A DNA stretch of 64,000 bases, from the NCBI GenBank assembly GCA_037444845.1, contig JBBILQ010000005.1, positions 6,185 through 70,184 of the forward strand, in the 5' to 3' direction. The notes under the pieces were generated by a model, which was given only the letters and a program-made list of their open reading frames with translations, was not told the DNA's origin and did not search any database. This stretch comes from Candidatus Aminicenantes bacterium (GTDB lineage: Bacteria > Acidobacteriota > Aminicenantia > Aminicenantales > UBA8522). Positions 51,920 through 62,705 of the stretch are shown here, piece by piece; positions within the stretch are counted from its first letter, which is position 1, and the number at the start of each line of letters is the position of its first letter. A program made the position numbers and the translations under genes.

Positions 51920-53628
51920 TCGGCCTTTCTCTGCCGGTCGCGGATGGCCAGCAGGTCTTTCATGACATTAAACATATTCCCCGTCCACTCCTTCGTGCCG
52001 AAAGCGTCATGGAGCTGGAGGTAGAGCCGATAGAGTTCCTTATAGACCTTGTGATTCTCTGCGTTCGGCCGGAAGGTTTCAGCCCTGACGCCGCACATGG
52101 CTCGCTGCGCCTCGATAAAATCGGCATGGCCGCCTCGCTTCTTCCCGGCGACGACAGCGCCGGCGATCGAAGCTCCAAGGGCGCAGGTCTGGGGCGAGCG
52201 GGCGATCTTCATTTCCCGGCCTGTGACGTCAGCGTAAACCTGCAGGACAAACGGGTTCTTTTCGGCGATGCCGCCGCAGTTGACGATCTCGGAAATTCTG
52301 ACGCCGTACTCTTCAAACCTGTTAATGATAGTCAGGGCGCCGAACGCCGTGGCCTCGATAAGGGCCCGGTAAACCTCCTCGGGCGTCGTGGCGAGCGTCT
52401 GGCCGATGAGCAGCCCTGCCAGCCGCTGGTCGACAAGGACAGTCCGGTTGCCATGATTCCAGTCCAGGGCTAAAAGGCCGGATTGGCCCGGCTTGAGTTT
52501 AGCTGCTTTAGCTGTCAGCGCCTCGTGCGCACCCTCGGCCGTCCCTCCCGGGTTGATGGAATGCACAAACCAGTTAAAGATGTCCCCAACAGCCGATTGT
52601 CCCGCCTCGAGTCCAAAAAAGCCGGGCAGGACCGAGCCGTCGACGATGCCGCACAGCCCTGGGATATCAGCTAACGCGTCCGTGTTGGGCCAGACGGTGA
52701 TGTCGCATGTGCTCGTCCCGAGAATCTTAACCAAGACGTCCGGCGCGACGCCCGCTCCCACAGCCCCAAAATGAGCGTCAAAAGCGCTGACCGCGACCGG
52801 AATGCCAGCCTCCAGGCCAAGTCGCCGGGCCCACTCGCCTGAAAGCCTTCCCGCCTCCGCATCAGAAGTGAAAGTTTTATCGTAGAGGCGGCCTCGGAGT
52901 TCTCCCAGCCTGGGGTCAAGCCTGGTCAGAAACTCCCGCGAAGGCAATCCTCCCCAGGCGTCGTTAAACATGGCCTTGTGTCCGGCCGCGCAGCGGCTCC
53001 GCTTCATGGTCAACGGGTCTGAGTTTCCCGTCAACAACCCGGGAATGTAGTCGCAGCATTCGACCCAGCTAAAAGCCGCTTCGAAAACCCGCCTGTCTGT
53101 CCGCAGGCAGTGGAAAATTTTGCTGAAGAACCATTCGGAAGAGTAGGTGCCGCCGCACTTGGCCAGATACTCGGGATGCTCCTTTCGAGCGAGCTCGGTG
53201 ATCTCCGCAGCCTCGGCAAAAGCCGTGTGATCTTTCCACAACCAGGCCATGGCGTTTGGATTATCCTTGAACTCATCCCTGAAGCTCAACGGCGTGCCGG
53301 CCCGGTCGACGGGAAATGGCGTTGAGCCTGTCGTGTCGATGCCGATGCCGATAATCTGCTCTTTCTTCAGGGTCGAGTCAGCCTTTTTCGCCTCGGCCAG
53401 GACCTTGCGCACGACTCGTTCGGCTCCCCTGATATAGTCCCCGGGATCCTGCCGGGCCAGGTTAGAATCAGCGGGGTCGAGGATGATTCCTGCCTGGCCA
53501 GTCTCGTACTCATGGACTGCAGCGGCTATCTCCCGGCCGTTGCCCACGTCAGCCAACAGAGCCCGGACAGAGTTTGTCCCGAAATCAAAGCCCAGGCTAA
53601 GGGCTCTTCCCTTCATTTCACCTTCCAT
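51916..53628 (-). CDS. araB: Ribulokinase (FGGY carbohydrate kinase)
   Basis: 570 aa. FGGY N- and C-terminal domains; the N-terminus reads LSLGFDFGTNSVRALL. Confidence 0.8.
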   Translation of the reverse strand: MEGEMKGRALSLGFDFGTNSVRALLADVGNGREIAAAVHEYETGQAGIILDPADSNLARQDPGDYIRGAERVVRKVLAEAKKADSTLKKEQIIGIGIDTTGSTPFPVDRAGTPLSFRDEFKDNPNAMAWLWKDHTAFAEAAEITELARKEHPEYLAKCGGTYSSEWFFSKIFHCLRTDRRVFEAAFSWVECCDYIPGLLTGNSDPLTMKRSRCAAGHKAMFNDAWGGLPSREFLTRLDPRLGELRGRLYDKTFTSDAEAGRLSGEWARRLGLEAGIPVAVSAFDAHFGAVGAGVAPDVLVKILGTSTCDITVWPNTDALADIPGLCGIVDGSVLPGFFGLEAGQSAVGDIFNWFVHSINPGGTAEGAHEALTAKAAKLKPGQSGLLALDWNHGNRTVLVDQRLAGLLIGQTLATTPEEVYRALIEATAFGALTIINRFEEYGVRISEIVNCGGIAEKNPFVLQVYADVTGREMKIARSPQTCALGASIAGAVVAGKKRGGHADFIEAQRAMCGVRAETFRPNAENHKVYKELYRLYLQLHDAFGTKEWTGNMFNVMKDLLAIRDRQRKAE

Positions 53629-56027
53629 TCGTGGATCCCTGCTGAGAAATTCTGCTGCAACTTGATTTCAAGGCGAAGCGCCTGGGTCCTGACGGGCCTG
53701 AACCTCATTATGTTAAAGGCGTCTTTTTCCAGGCCGTAGGGATCGAGGTTCTCGACAGGCCGCCATTCATCACCGGTTTTGTACAGGACCTGCCAGGCGG
53801 CCGGAACGCGGCATTCGCCCCGGCCCGTGTCGTCGTACCAGTAGACTTCAACTGCAGACACGGGAGCCGGGCGGGCGAAGTCATACTGAACCCATTCCGT
53901 GGTTCCCCTGGCAGGCCACCAGTGAAAATAAGGGCATTCCTGGTCGCTCGAGCTCGTTGGCTCCCGTTGATCATTAACGGCAAACGCAGGTCTGTCGCTC
54001 GAGGCGCTGACTGCGCTTCGCGAAGCGACCGTTGGGTTGGGCAGGACACGAGCTTTGGCGGCTTCCCTGGCAAGCCAAACAGCCATCTCCCCTTCCCCGC
54101 GGTGGGCCCAGGCATAATAAGGGATGGCTGTAAACTCCCGGCTGATGCTCTCCACAGAACCTGCCATCCGGCCCTCCCGAAGCGCTGCGGCTCCGCCCTT
54201 GACGACAAAGACGCCGTTGAGAAGACCATCCCGTTTCTCCGATTCGAGCGTCGCCTCGTCGGGCAGCACAAGGTTGCTCGCAAGGCCGTTGTTATCCGGC
54301 CATTCGGCACAGTAGACAAGAGGGCCGCGCTCCAGGGCGACCCTGCCCTCATCGCTTTTGACGGCCTGATGAGCCACTACCCGACGAACGGGCATCGGAA
54401 CATCGAGCTCGACAACATCCCCGCTCTTCCAGGCGCGCCGGACGACGGCATAACCCTGGCTGATTTCGAGCTCGATTTCCTGGCCGTTTGCCCGAAGGGC
54501 GATCGGGCTCTTTTCCTCATCAAGATAACGATAGAGATCGCCCGGCACCGGCTTGCCCAGGGCCCAGCCGGGAATCCGAAGAAGGAGACTAAACTCGGCG
54601 GGCCTCTCAAGAGCAAAGGAAACCATGACCTTCCCTTCCCAGGGATAGCGCGTTTCCTGCTCGACCCGGATCTTCTGTCCCCTGAAGTTCATGCTGGCGT
54701 TCCCTGCCGCATAGAGGTTGACGTACAGGGCATCATCCCTCGTTGCGTACATAAACCCGGGAACTTGAGGGATGAAGCGGGTGACGTTCGACGGGCAGCA
54801 AGCGCAGTTAAACCATGGGCTGCGTCGGTGCTGGCCAAAGGAGGCCAGCGGGTTGGGATAGAAAAACAGGTCGCCGCTCAACCCGATTCCCGAAAGGAGG
54901 GCGTTATAAAGGGTTCTCTCGAGGATGTCGATGTGCTTCGACTCTCCTGTGAGGAGGAACATGCGGTGATTCCAGAGGACAAACCCGATGGAGGCGCAGG
55001 TTTCACAGTACGCTGACGCGTTGGGAAGTTCATAATCAGGGCCAAACCCCTCGATGCCGCCCGCTGCGCCTATGCCGCCGGTGATGTACATCTTCTTAAA
55101 CACGATATTCTCCCAGAGTTTGTCGAGAGCTTCGAGGTAGGCTCTGTCGCCGGTCAGGGCGGCCACATCGGCCATTCCCGAATACATGTACGTAGCGCGG
55201 ACAGCATGTCCGACCGCTTCCGCCTGCTGGCTGACGGGTTTGTGGTCCTGGGAGTATTCGCCGTAGAGCTTTCTCTCCTTGGCGTTTCCCCGTTCAGCAA
55301 GAAAGAAATTGGCCAGCTCCAGGTATTTCTTTTTTCCGGTCAGGCGGTAGAGCTTGACCAGGCCGATCTCGATCTCCTGGTGGCCGGGAACATCGTGCCT
55401 CTTGCCCGGGCCAAAAACGTTTAAAATCAAATCAGCGCTCTTGAGCGCCACGTTAAGGAGGTTCTTTTTCCCCGTAGCCCGGTAATGGGCCACGGCTGCT
55501 TCATAAAGGTGTCCGAGATTGTAAAGCTCGTGGCTCATGTAGAGGTTGGACCAACGCTCCTTGCCCACCCAGTCCACGGGCGGATGAGCAGGGTCGATCG
55601 TCCGCGCCGTGTAGAGATACCCATCGTCCTCCTGGGCTGCAGCGATCTTGGCGATGAGCTCGTCCACGTATTTCTCAAGCCCCGGGTCGGGGTGCGTCAT
55701 CAGAGCATAGGATGCTCCTTCGATGACCTTGAAGACATCAGAATCGTCGAAGGGATATTTGGTGCAAAAGGAGCCTTCTTTCAGGCCTGCGGCGATCTCG
55801 AAATTTGCGATTCGGCCGGTCGTTTCACACTGTTTGAAGGCAAACGGGATGGTGACGGCGCGGTTCGTCTCAATCCTCGGCGCCCAGAACTCGTCAACCA
55901 GCTTGACTTCAGTAAAGAGAACCGGGCTAAGAGGGTATCCCGATTGAACCGCTTTCTTGCAAGAAACCCCAGAACCCAAGATGCCCAGAATGGCGATGGC
56001 AAAACAAGGCCATTTTGTCCTTTTCAT
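53613..56027 (-). CDS. GH127-family beta-L-arabinofuranosidase-like lipoprotein with a C-terminal F5/8 type C (discoidin) domain
   Basis: Lipoprotein signal (LGILGSGVSC). The Zn/Cys motif NCACCPSN is characteristic of GH127 (DUF1680). A discoidin-like domain forms the C-terminus. Confidence 0.7.
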   Translation of the reverse strand: MKRTKWPCFAIAILGILGSGVSCKKAVQSGYPLSPVLFTEVKLVDEFWAPRIETNRAVTIPFAFKQCETTGRIANFEIAAGLKEGSFCTKYPFDDSDVFKVIEGASYALMTHPDPGLEKYVDELIAKIAAAQEDDGYLYTARTIDPAHPPVDWVGKERWSNLYMSHELYNLGHLYEAAVAHYRATGKKNLLNVALKSADLILNVFGPGKRHDVPGHQEIEIGLVKLYRLTGKKKYLELANFFLAERGNAKERKLYGEYSQDHKPVSQQAEAVGHAVRATYMYSGMADVAALTGDRAYLEALDKLWENIVFKKMYITGGIGAAGGIEGFGPDYELPNASAYCETCASIGFVLWNHRMFLLTGESKHIDILERTLYNALLSGIGLSGDLFFYPNPLASFGQHRRSPWFNCACCPSNVTRFIPQVPGFMYATRDDALYVNLYAAGNASMNFRGQKIRVEQETRYPWEGKVMVSFALERPAEFSLLLRIPGWALGKPVPGDLYRYLDEEKSPIALRANGQEIELEISQGYAVVRRAWKSGDVVELDVPMPVRRVVAHQAVKSDEGRVALERGPLVYCAEWPDNNGLASNLVLPDEATLESEKRDGLLNGVFVVKGGAAALREGRMAGSVESISREFTAIPYYAWAHRGEGEMAVWLAREAAKARVLPNPTVASRSAVSASSDRPAFAVNDQREPTSSSDQECPYFHWWPARGTTEWVQYDFARPAPVSAVEVYWYDDTGRGECRVPAAWQVLYKTGDEWRPVENLDPYGLEKDAFNIMRFRPVRTQALRLEIKLQQNFSAGIHEWKVK

Positions 56028-56208
56028 CCGCCTAACCTCCTCATTTTCCTGGCAGGAATTCCTATTCTATCACCTTTCTTTGATCACCGCCAACCCGCAA
56101 AACCCGCCAGCGGCTCCATCCGGAGTCTCTTTGAATTCGCCTGCACCTTTGTTTTTTCCTCTAACGAGCTCGCAGGGGATCCTGTATTCACCATCAAAGA
56201 AATCGCTT

Positions 56209-58965
56209 CTATTTGACCGGGACAGTCTGAGGCCCTATGGTCCAGCCCCTCCGGTCTTTGATGAACACCTTTCGGCTGAGCTTTTTTCCTCCAGCTTCGA
56301 GGTTGACGACGTATTCGCCCGGATCGACGAGCTGGCCTCTCGACCGGTCCCAGCCTGCCTCGCCCACCTCCTCTTTTGTCGGCGTGGCCCTCATATCCCA
56401 GAGCACAGCGTTCAGGCCAGGGTCGGTTTTTCCGGAGATCTCCCGGAGGACCTGGCCGTAGGGGTCAGTGATCGTGATTTTGACCTTATCCTTTGGCTTT
56501 TCTTTAAGATAATAATTGAAAGTCACGGCGTTTGGCTCGTTGGGAGTGGCCAGGTGCCTGTCCCCCATGAGCCGGTAGTTCCCCCATCCCCTCGTCATCC
56601 ACTGGGTGCGAGGTTCAACCTCAAAAAGATAAACATCTTCATCCAAGACTTTATCGTTGAGCTCCTGGAGCGGCGAGACGTCCGTCACGAAAACGCCGCG
56701 GCCGTAGGTTCCCACGACGAGGTCGTTCTCGCGGGGATGAACGAGAAAGTCTTTGACCGGAGCTGACGGCAGGTTGTTTTTCAGCCGCACCCACGTCCCG
56801 CCGCTGTCGATGGAGACGAAAACGCCGCCGTCAGACCCCAGAAAAACGAGATCCGGATTCTTCCGGTCTTCGAAGACGACGTTCACCGGGAATTCAGGCA
56901 GGCTGCTCCCAAGACTCTTCCAGGTTGCTCCATAGTCCTCCGTCTTATAAACAAACGGCCGGAAATCGTCGTTGCGAAAACCGGTCTTGGCCACGTAAGC
57001 CTTGCCTTCTCTGTGGTGGGAAGCGAAGACCCGGCTGACCCAGCGGTCTTCGGGCGCGCCCGCGCGGCTCAAGTTTGCCGTCAGATCCGACCAGTTTGCT
57101 CCGCTGTCGCGGGTCAGCCAGACTTTGCCGTCGTCCGTCCCCACCCAAATGAGCCCGGGCGAGAGCGGAGATTCGGATATGGTCGTGACCGTGCAGAACG
57201 TGATATGGCCCCGGCCCGCCGTCTTTTCGGGGTCGTTAAGGGTCAGGTCCTGGCTAATCTCCTGCCAGGTGTCGCCGCGGTTAAACGACCGCAGGAGCAC
57301 CTGAGCGCCGGTGTAGATAATCCGGCTGTTGTGCGGCGAGATATGGATGGGCGGGGTCCAGTTGAACCTGTAAGGGGGTTTCCCTTTTTCTCGGACAGGC
57401 TGAATATTCGTCCGCATGCCGAGTTTCTGGTCCACCCGGCTGTGGCCGCCGAACTGATACGTGTTATAAACCCAGCGGCTATCCTCAGGATCGACGACGT
57501 TGACCATTCCGTCCTGGACGCCGACGGTCACCCAATCCTCCAACGTGACTTCGCCCGACCAGGCGTTCGACGGCCCTTTCCAGGAGTCATGGTCCTGGAG
57601 GCCGCCGTAGATGTTATACGGCTCTTCCATGTCCACGCCGACGGCGTAGAACTCGCCGAGAGGGATGTTGTAGAGATGATCGCACGTCTTGCCGCCGTCA
57701 TAAGAGATGTAGACCCCGCCGTCGCTGCCGAAGAGCATCCGGTCGGAGTTCTCGGGGTCAATCCAGAATGCGCGCACGTCGCCAAAGGCCGAGGCAAAGA
57801 GCGTCGGAGGCCAGCCTAAGTTCTTCCAGGTTTTTCCGCCGTCATAGGAATAGGCAATGGCGATGCCGGTAATATAAACATTCTGATCGTCGTTGGGATC
57901 AACGCATATCTGGTTAAACGAGTAAGCGGCTTTGCCGGAGACATCGTCCCGGTCTGAGTTCATTTTTTTCCAGGTCGCTCCGGCGTCGTCAGACCGGTAG
58001 ACTTCGCCTGCGATGGCCCTCGGCCGCGGCTCAATCCCGCGGCGGCGGTCTTCCTTTGCTTCCTCCTCGGTTGGCGGACGCATGTTGGCATTTTCGACGA
58101 CGGCATAGACGATGTCCGGGTTCTTGCGGTAGAGATCGACGCCGATCCGGCCGATTTTTCCCGAGGGAAGCCCGCCGCCGAGCCGCTGCCAGGTTCGGCC
58201 TGCATCCGTTGTTTTGTAGATGCCGCTTTCTGGCCCGCCCTCCTCAAAATGCCAGGGATAGCGGTATTTTTCGTAGGCCGCGGCGTACAGAATGTCGGGG
58301 TTTTTCAAGTTCATGGCCAGGTCAATGACGCCGACCTTTTCGTTGATATAAAGAACCCTCTCCCATGATATCCCGCCGTCCATTGTCTTAAAAACTCCGC
58401 GCTCATCGTTAAACGAAAAAAGATGGCCCATGGCTGCCACGTAGACGACGTCCGGGTTCTTGGGATGAATGACAATCCGGGCGACGTGATGGGAATCGCG
58501 GAGTCCCATGTTCGTCCAGGTCTTGCCGCTGTCAGTGGATTTGTAAACGCCGTCCCCGCGATGGGAGCTCCGCGCGTTATAGGCTTCGCCTGTCCCCACC
58601 CAAAGGATGTCCGGGGTGGAGGGAGCCACGGCGATAGCGCCGATGGAGAGGTACTCCTGGCCGTCAAAGACGGGCTCGAATGTCGTGCCGTTGTTCGTCG
58701 TCTTCCAGACGCCCCCGTTTCTTGTGGCCACATAGAAAGTATAAAGGTGGGCTTTTGCTGGCGCATCGGGCACGGCAAAACCTGTCACCCAGGAGCCGCA
58801 GCGAAAAGGCCCGAGGTTGCGGAAGGTGAAGTTCTTGAGGAGCGCTTGACCGAAGCTTGGCCTGTCTTCCGCTCTGACAAAATCGATAGAAACGATAAAA
58901 ACTATCGGAATAATAAAAATTAACCTTGCCGCCAGAAAACCGGGCATTCGCTGGTTTGCCTTCAT
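56209..58965 (-). CDS. Secreted BNR/Asp-box repeat (sortilin/Vps10-like) protein, putative glycoside hydrolase
   Basis: Ten or more Asp-box repeats (STDSGKTW, TMDGGISW, TTDAGRTW, SDDAGATW, SYDGGKTW, SFNRGDTW, TRDSGANW, TEDYGATW, SIDSGGTW). Signal peptide; the probable ATG is at 58965. Confidence 0.6.
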   Translation of the reverse strand: MKANQRMPGFLAARLIFIIPIVFIVSIDFVRAEDRPSFGQALLKNFTFRNLGPFRCGSWVTGFAVPDAPAKAHLYTFYVATRNGGVWKTTNNGTTFEPVFDGQEYLSIGAIAVAPSTPDILWVGTGEAYNARSSHRGDGVYKSTDSGKTWTNMGLRDSHHVARIVIHPKNPDVVYVAAMGHLFSFNDERGVFKTMDGGISWERVLYINEKVGVIDLAMNLKNPDILYAAAYEKYRYPWHFEEGGPESGIYKTTDAGRTWQRLGGGLPSGKIGRIGVDLYRKNPDIVYAVVENANMRPPTEEEAKEDRRRGIEPRPRAIAGEVYRSDDAGATWKKMNSDRDDVSGKAAYSFNQICVDPNDDQNVYITGIAIAYSYDGGKTWKNLGWPPTLFASAFGDVRAFWIDPENSDRMLFGSDGGVYISYDGGKTCDHLYNIPLGEFYAVGVDMEEPYNIYGGLQDHDSWKGPSNAWSGEVTLEDWVTVGVQDGMVNVVDPEDSRWVYNTYQFGGHSRVDQKLGMRTNIQPVREKGKPPYRFNWTPPIHISPHNSRIIYTGAQVLLRSFNRGDTWQEISQDLTLNDPEKTAGRGHITFCTVTTISESPLSPGLIWVGTDDGKVWLTRDSGANWSDLTANLSRAGAPEDRWVSRVFASHHREGKAYVAKTGFRNDDFRPFVYKTEDYGATWKSLGSSLPEFPVNVVFEDRKNPDLVFLGSDGGVFVSIDSGGTWVRLKNNLPSAPVKDFLVHPRENDLVVGTYGRGVFVTDVSPLQELNDKVLDEDVYLFEVEPRTQWMTRGWGNYRLMGDRHLATPNEPNAVTFNYYLKEKPKDKVKITITDPYGQVLREISGKTDPGLNAVLWDMRATPTKEEVGEAGWDRSRGQLVDPGEYVVNLEAGGKKLSRKVFIKDRRGWTIGPQTVPVK

Positions 58966-59137
58966 CCTTTTACCATCCCGCGACAATTCCGTTCTCCTTT
59001 CATTTCTTTTTTCTCTCTTATAGTACAGTTAAGAGCCAGTGTCAAAACCCCGGCCCGAAGCAGATGCCGTCCTTGCCATTGTTTGATGCCTTGATCTGTG
59101 CTATAAGCTAACAAAAGGAACATGAAGGAGGGAGTGA

Positions 59138-60304
59138 ATGAAGAAAAACAGAGGCCTTTATCTCAGCGTGGCAATCATGGCCGTCATCCTGGTCAGTTTC
59201 TTTTCCTGCAAAGGCGAGAAAGCCAAACAGCAAAAACCATTTGAAGGACTCATTAAAATGGACATTCGAAAACAATCCTTCGGCAGGCTGCCCGACGGGT
59301 CCGAGGTCGAAGTGTTCACCCTGACCAACAGCCACGGACTCAAGGCCAGGATCATGACCTATGGCGCGACCCTTGTCTCCCTCGAAGTGCCGGACAAGAG
59401 CGGGGAACTAACCGATATCGTTTTGGGCCACGACTCTCTGGAGGGCTATCTTGACCCGGCTCGAAACCCCTACTTCGGCTCGATCGTCGGCCGGTATGGA
59501 AACCGAATCGCTCGGGGCAGGTTCACTCTCGACGGCGTCGAATACCAGCTCGCTGCAAATAACGGCGCAAACCACCTCCACGGCGGGGTCAAGGGGTTCG
59601 ATAAGGTCCTCTGGACGGCCGAACCCATAAAGGAGGAAGCCGCTGTCGGAGTCAAGCTCCGTTACCTGAGCCGAGACGGGGAGGAAGGCTACCCCGGGAA
59701 TCTGATTGCAACCGTGATTTACTGGCTGACAGAAGCGAACGAGTTACGAATCAGCTACGAAGCCGAGACCGACAGGCCCACTCCAGTCAACCTTACCCAT
59801 CACAGCTACTTCAACCTGGCCGGGCAGGGAGAAGGCGATATCCTTGGCCATGAACTGATGCTTAACGCCAGCCACTTCACTCCTGTTGACGAAGGCCTCA
59901 TCCCGACAGGCGAGGTCCGTCCCGTCGCGGGAACGCCCTGGGATTTCACCATCCCCAGGGCTATCGGCGCTGAGATCGCCGCCGTCCCTGGCGGATACGA
60001 CCACAATTTCGTCCTGCGCGACGGCGAAGGGACGCTCAGGCTGGCGGGCCGCGTCGTGGAACGCGCGAGCGGCCGCGTGATGGAAATTTACACCATAGAG
60101 CCGGGAATCCAGTTCTACTCGGGAAATTTCCTGGACGGCACAATCACCGGCAAGAGCGGAAAAGCCTACCGGAAGCATTACGGGTTCTGCCTGGAACCGC
60201 AGCATTTTCCCGACTCGCCGAACAAGCCTGACTTCCCCTCGACGATCCTTCGCCCCGGCGAGAAATACACGAGCCTGACCGTCCATAAATTTTTCACCAG
60301 GTAA
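59138..60304 (+). CDS. Aldose 1-epimerase (mutarotase), lipoprotein
   Basis: Lipobox (FFSC), then the GalM fold blocks (GATLVSL, HGG.KGFD). Confidence 0.8.
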   Translation: MKKNRGLYLSVAIMAVILVSFFSCKGEKAKQQKPFEGLIKMDIRKQSFGRLPDGSEVEVFTLTNSHGLKARIMTYGATLVSLEVPDKSGELTDIVLGHDSLEGYLDPARNPYFGSIVGRYGNRIARGRFTLDGVEYQLAANNGANHLHGGVKGFDKVLWTAEPIKEEAAVGVKLRYLSRDGEEGYPGNLIATVIYWLTEANELRISYEAETDRPTPVNLTHHSYFNLAGQGEGDILGHELMLNASHFTPVDEGLIPTGEVRPVAGTPWDFTIPRAIGAEIAAVPGGYDHNFVLRDGEGTLRLAGRVVERASGRVMEIYTIEPGIQFYSGNFLDGTITGKSGKAYRKHYGFCLEPQHFPDSPNKPDFPSTILRPGEKYTSLTVHKFFTR

Positions 60305-60428
60305 CCTGGGCTCGTTTTGTTTCTATCGCCAGCCTCAAGATATTTTGATTTTCTTTGGCAATTTCTTCAATCTATAATAAGAGACGAATTTTCTGGTCGC
60401 TGTCAGGTTCGCATGAAAAGCTTACAGT

Positions 60429-61139
60429 GTGATGAAACTCAGTTTTAACCAGCCGGCGTTCATTCCGTGGGGCGGGTTTTTCGCTCGCCTGATGTCCTCC
60501 GACAAAATGGTTCTCCTCGATGAGACCATCCTGGCCCGCGGTTTCACGTACGTCAACAGAAATCGCATCAAAGGACCCGAGGGAGAGGTCTGGATAACCG
60601 TGCCGCTCAAGCGCAAGGGCCGCGGCCGGCAGAAGATAAGAGACATCGAAATCTACGAAAAAGAAAGGTGGGCCAAAAAATTCTTGCTGACTCTCAAACA
60701 TTACTACGGCAAATCCGTCTATTTTGAGCCCGTCTTCGCCGACATTCGCGCGGCCGCGGAGAATCCTGGAGAAAATTTTCTACCTCTAACACGGGCCCTC
60801 CTTGATATCCTGAAAACTGGGTTGGGCATCGAGACGGAGCTGATTCTCCAGTCCCGCCTCGGCATCGCCGGCAGGGGCACTCCCCTGCTCGTTTCCATCG
60901 CCAAAAAGCTCGGCGCTCATGAAGTCATCCTGCCTTATTTTTCGGAAAAAGCGATAGATTGCGCTCAGTTCAGGGATGAACATATCCGGGTGAGGCTGTT
61001 GCGCTATTTGCCGCCCCAGTATCCTCAATTCTGGGGTGATTTCCTCATGAACCTCTCAAGTCTTGACTTGTTGCTGTGCTGCGGCCGGGACGGGCGCGCG
61101 GCCATCGAAAAGGGCATCCGCTTTTGTGACCTGCCATGA
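60429..61139 (+). CDS. WbqC-like family protein
   Basis: The NQPAFIPWGGFF...NRNRI...TVPL...YF...QF...LSSLDLLLCCG pattern matches the conserved WbqC-like blocks. GTG then ATG at 60432. Confidence 0.7.
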   Translation: MMKLSFNQPAFIPWGGFFARLMSSDKMVLLDETILARGFTYVNRNRIKGPEGEVWITVPLKRKGRGRQKIRDIEIYEKERWAKKFLLTLKHYYGKSVYFEPVFADIRAAAENPGENFLPLTRALLDILKTGLGIETELILQSRLGIAGRGTPLLVSIAKKLGAHEVILPYFSEKAIDCAQFRDEHIRVRLLRYLPPQYPQFWGDFLMNLSSLDLLLCCGRDGRAAIEKGIRFCDLP

Positions 61140-61155
61140 AAGGACTGGTGACAAG

Positions 61156-61812
61156 ATGAAAAAAAGCCTGATCGAATCTGATGCTTTTCAGAAGAAATCA
61201 CGGGAGAGTCTTGAGAAGCTGAAGGAGTTCAGCAAGAGGCGCGCTTTTGTGTTCATGCCTCAAAGCGCTGCTCTTCTCATCGTCGATATGCAGAGGTATT
61301 TTCTGGACAGGCGCTCGCACGCTTTTATTCCAGACGCTCCTCTGATCACAGGCCAAATCAAAAATCTGTCAGCAGCATTCCTGAAAATGAATTTGCCGGT
61401 TATCCTCACGCGCCACATCAACACCCAGAGAAACGCCAAACTCATGGGCAAATGGTGGAAAGACGTCATCACGGAAAAGAGCAGGCTGAGCCACGTCATC
61501 CCCGAATTAGATTTCCAGGGGGCGACTGTAATCAAAAAAACCCAGTATGATGCCTTTTACCGGACCAATCTCGAGAATATATTAAAAAGAAAAAAAGTTA
61601 AGCAGGTTGTCATAACGGGAGTGGCGACCCACCTCTGCTGCGAGACCACGGCAAGGTCTGCCTTTATGAGAGGATTCACAGTCTTCCTGCCCGTGGACGG
61701 GACAGCGACTTTCGCGGAAAGTTTTCTTGAGGCGTCACTCCTCAACCTCGCTCATGGCTTCGCTATCCCCGTGCTCTGTGAGGAGCTGATGGACCGAATG
61801 GAGGTGTCTTGA
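61156..61812 (+). CDS. Isochorismatase-family cysteine hydrolase
   Basis: The start is the internal ATG at 61156 (MKKSLIES). LIVDMQ, the catalytic-Cys block ITGVATHLCCETTARSA, and the typical length. Confidence 0.7.
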   Translation: MKKSLIESDAFQKKSRESLEKLKEFSKRRAFVFMPQSAALLIVDMQRYFLDRRSHAFIPDAPLITGQIKNLSAAFLKMNLPVILTRHINTQRNAKLMGKWWKDVITEKSRLSHVIPELDFQGATVIKKTQYDAFYRTNLENILKRKKVKQVVITGVATHLCCETTARSAFMRGFTVFLPVDGTATFAESFLEASLLNLAHGFAIPVLCEELMDRMEVS

Positions 61813-62705
61813 TGATACCTGTCACGGATGTGGCCATAATCGGAGCAGGGCCTGCCGGAGTCTCAGCCGCCATTCAATTGAGGCGGTATGGCATCGAATT
61901 TATCGTTCTCGAAAAAGAGAGAATCGGAGGACTGCTGCTAAACGCGAACCTCGTAGAAAACTACCCCGGCTTCCCTGGGGGCATTCCGGGTCAGGATCTC
62001 GTCAGGCTTTTGGAGAGCCACCTGGAAAATTCCGGAGTTCACGTCTCATTCCAGGAAGTTCTGGAACTCGATCATGACGGGAGCGTTTTTATTATCAGGA
62101 CAAACGGGGGAGCGCTGGCTTCCCGGATCGCGGTGATTGCCTCGGGCACTGTTCCCCTCAGGCTTACGCAGGCCGTTCCCAAGGAGATAGAAAGCCGTAT
62201 TTTTTATGAAATTGTCCCGCTGGCCCAGGTTTCGGGCAAAAAAATTGCCGTCATCGGCTCAGGTGACGCCGCCTTTGACTACGCGCTGAGCCTCTCTCAA
62301 AAGAACGAGGTTCTCATCCTCAACAGATCGGAAAAAATCAAATGCCTTCCGCTCCTCTGGAAAAGAGCCATGGAGGTGTCAACAATCTCATATCTCGAGA
62401 ATCTCCAGGTCACAACCATCAACCAGGCTGATAGCGGGCTGCTCCTCTGTGGTCGCAGCCCTCATGAGAAGCGTGACATCCATGTTTCCTTTCTTGTTGT
62501 GGCCGTGGGAAGAAGGCCGAATCTTGATTTCTTGAGCCAGAATCTTAAAAATAACCTGAAGGAATATAGAAAAGAAAGGTTGCTTTATATGGCCGGTGAT
62601 GTTAAAAACGGCATTTACAGACAGGCTGCCATATCTGCCGGTGACGGAATCAAGGCGGCCATGGAAATCTTCAAGGAAAAAAAGGAGGCTCAGTCGTGCG
62701 CATAA
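61809..62705 (+). CDS. Thioredoxin-reductase-fold FAD/NAD(P) flavoprotein lacking the redox-active CxxC (ferredoxin-NADP reductase-like)
   Basis: VAIIGAGPAG, ENYPGFPGGI (a TrxB-like block), and a second GxGxxA (VIGSGDAA). There is no CATC/CxxC. A 4-bp overlap links it to the neighbouring genes on both sides. Confidence 0.6.
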   Translation: MMIPVTDVAIIGAGPAGVSAAIQLRRYGIEFIVLEKERIGGLLLNANLVENYPGFPGGIPGQDLVRLLESHLENSGVHVSFQEVLELDHDGSVFIIRTNGGALASRIAVIASGTVPLRLTQAVPKEIESRIFYEIVPLAQVSGKKIAVIGSGDAAFDYALSLSQKNEVLILNRSEKIKCLPLLWKRAMEVSTISYLENLQVTTINQADSGLLLCGRSPHEKRDIHVSFLVVAVGRRPNLDFLSQNLKNNLKEYRKERLLYMAGDVKNGIYRQAAISAGDGIKAAMEIFKEKKEAQSCA

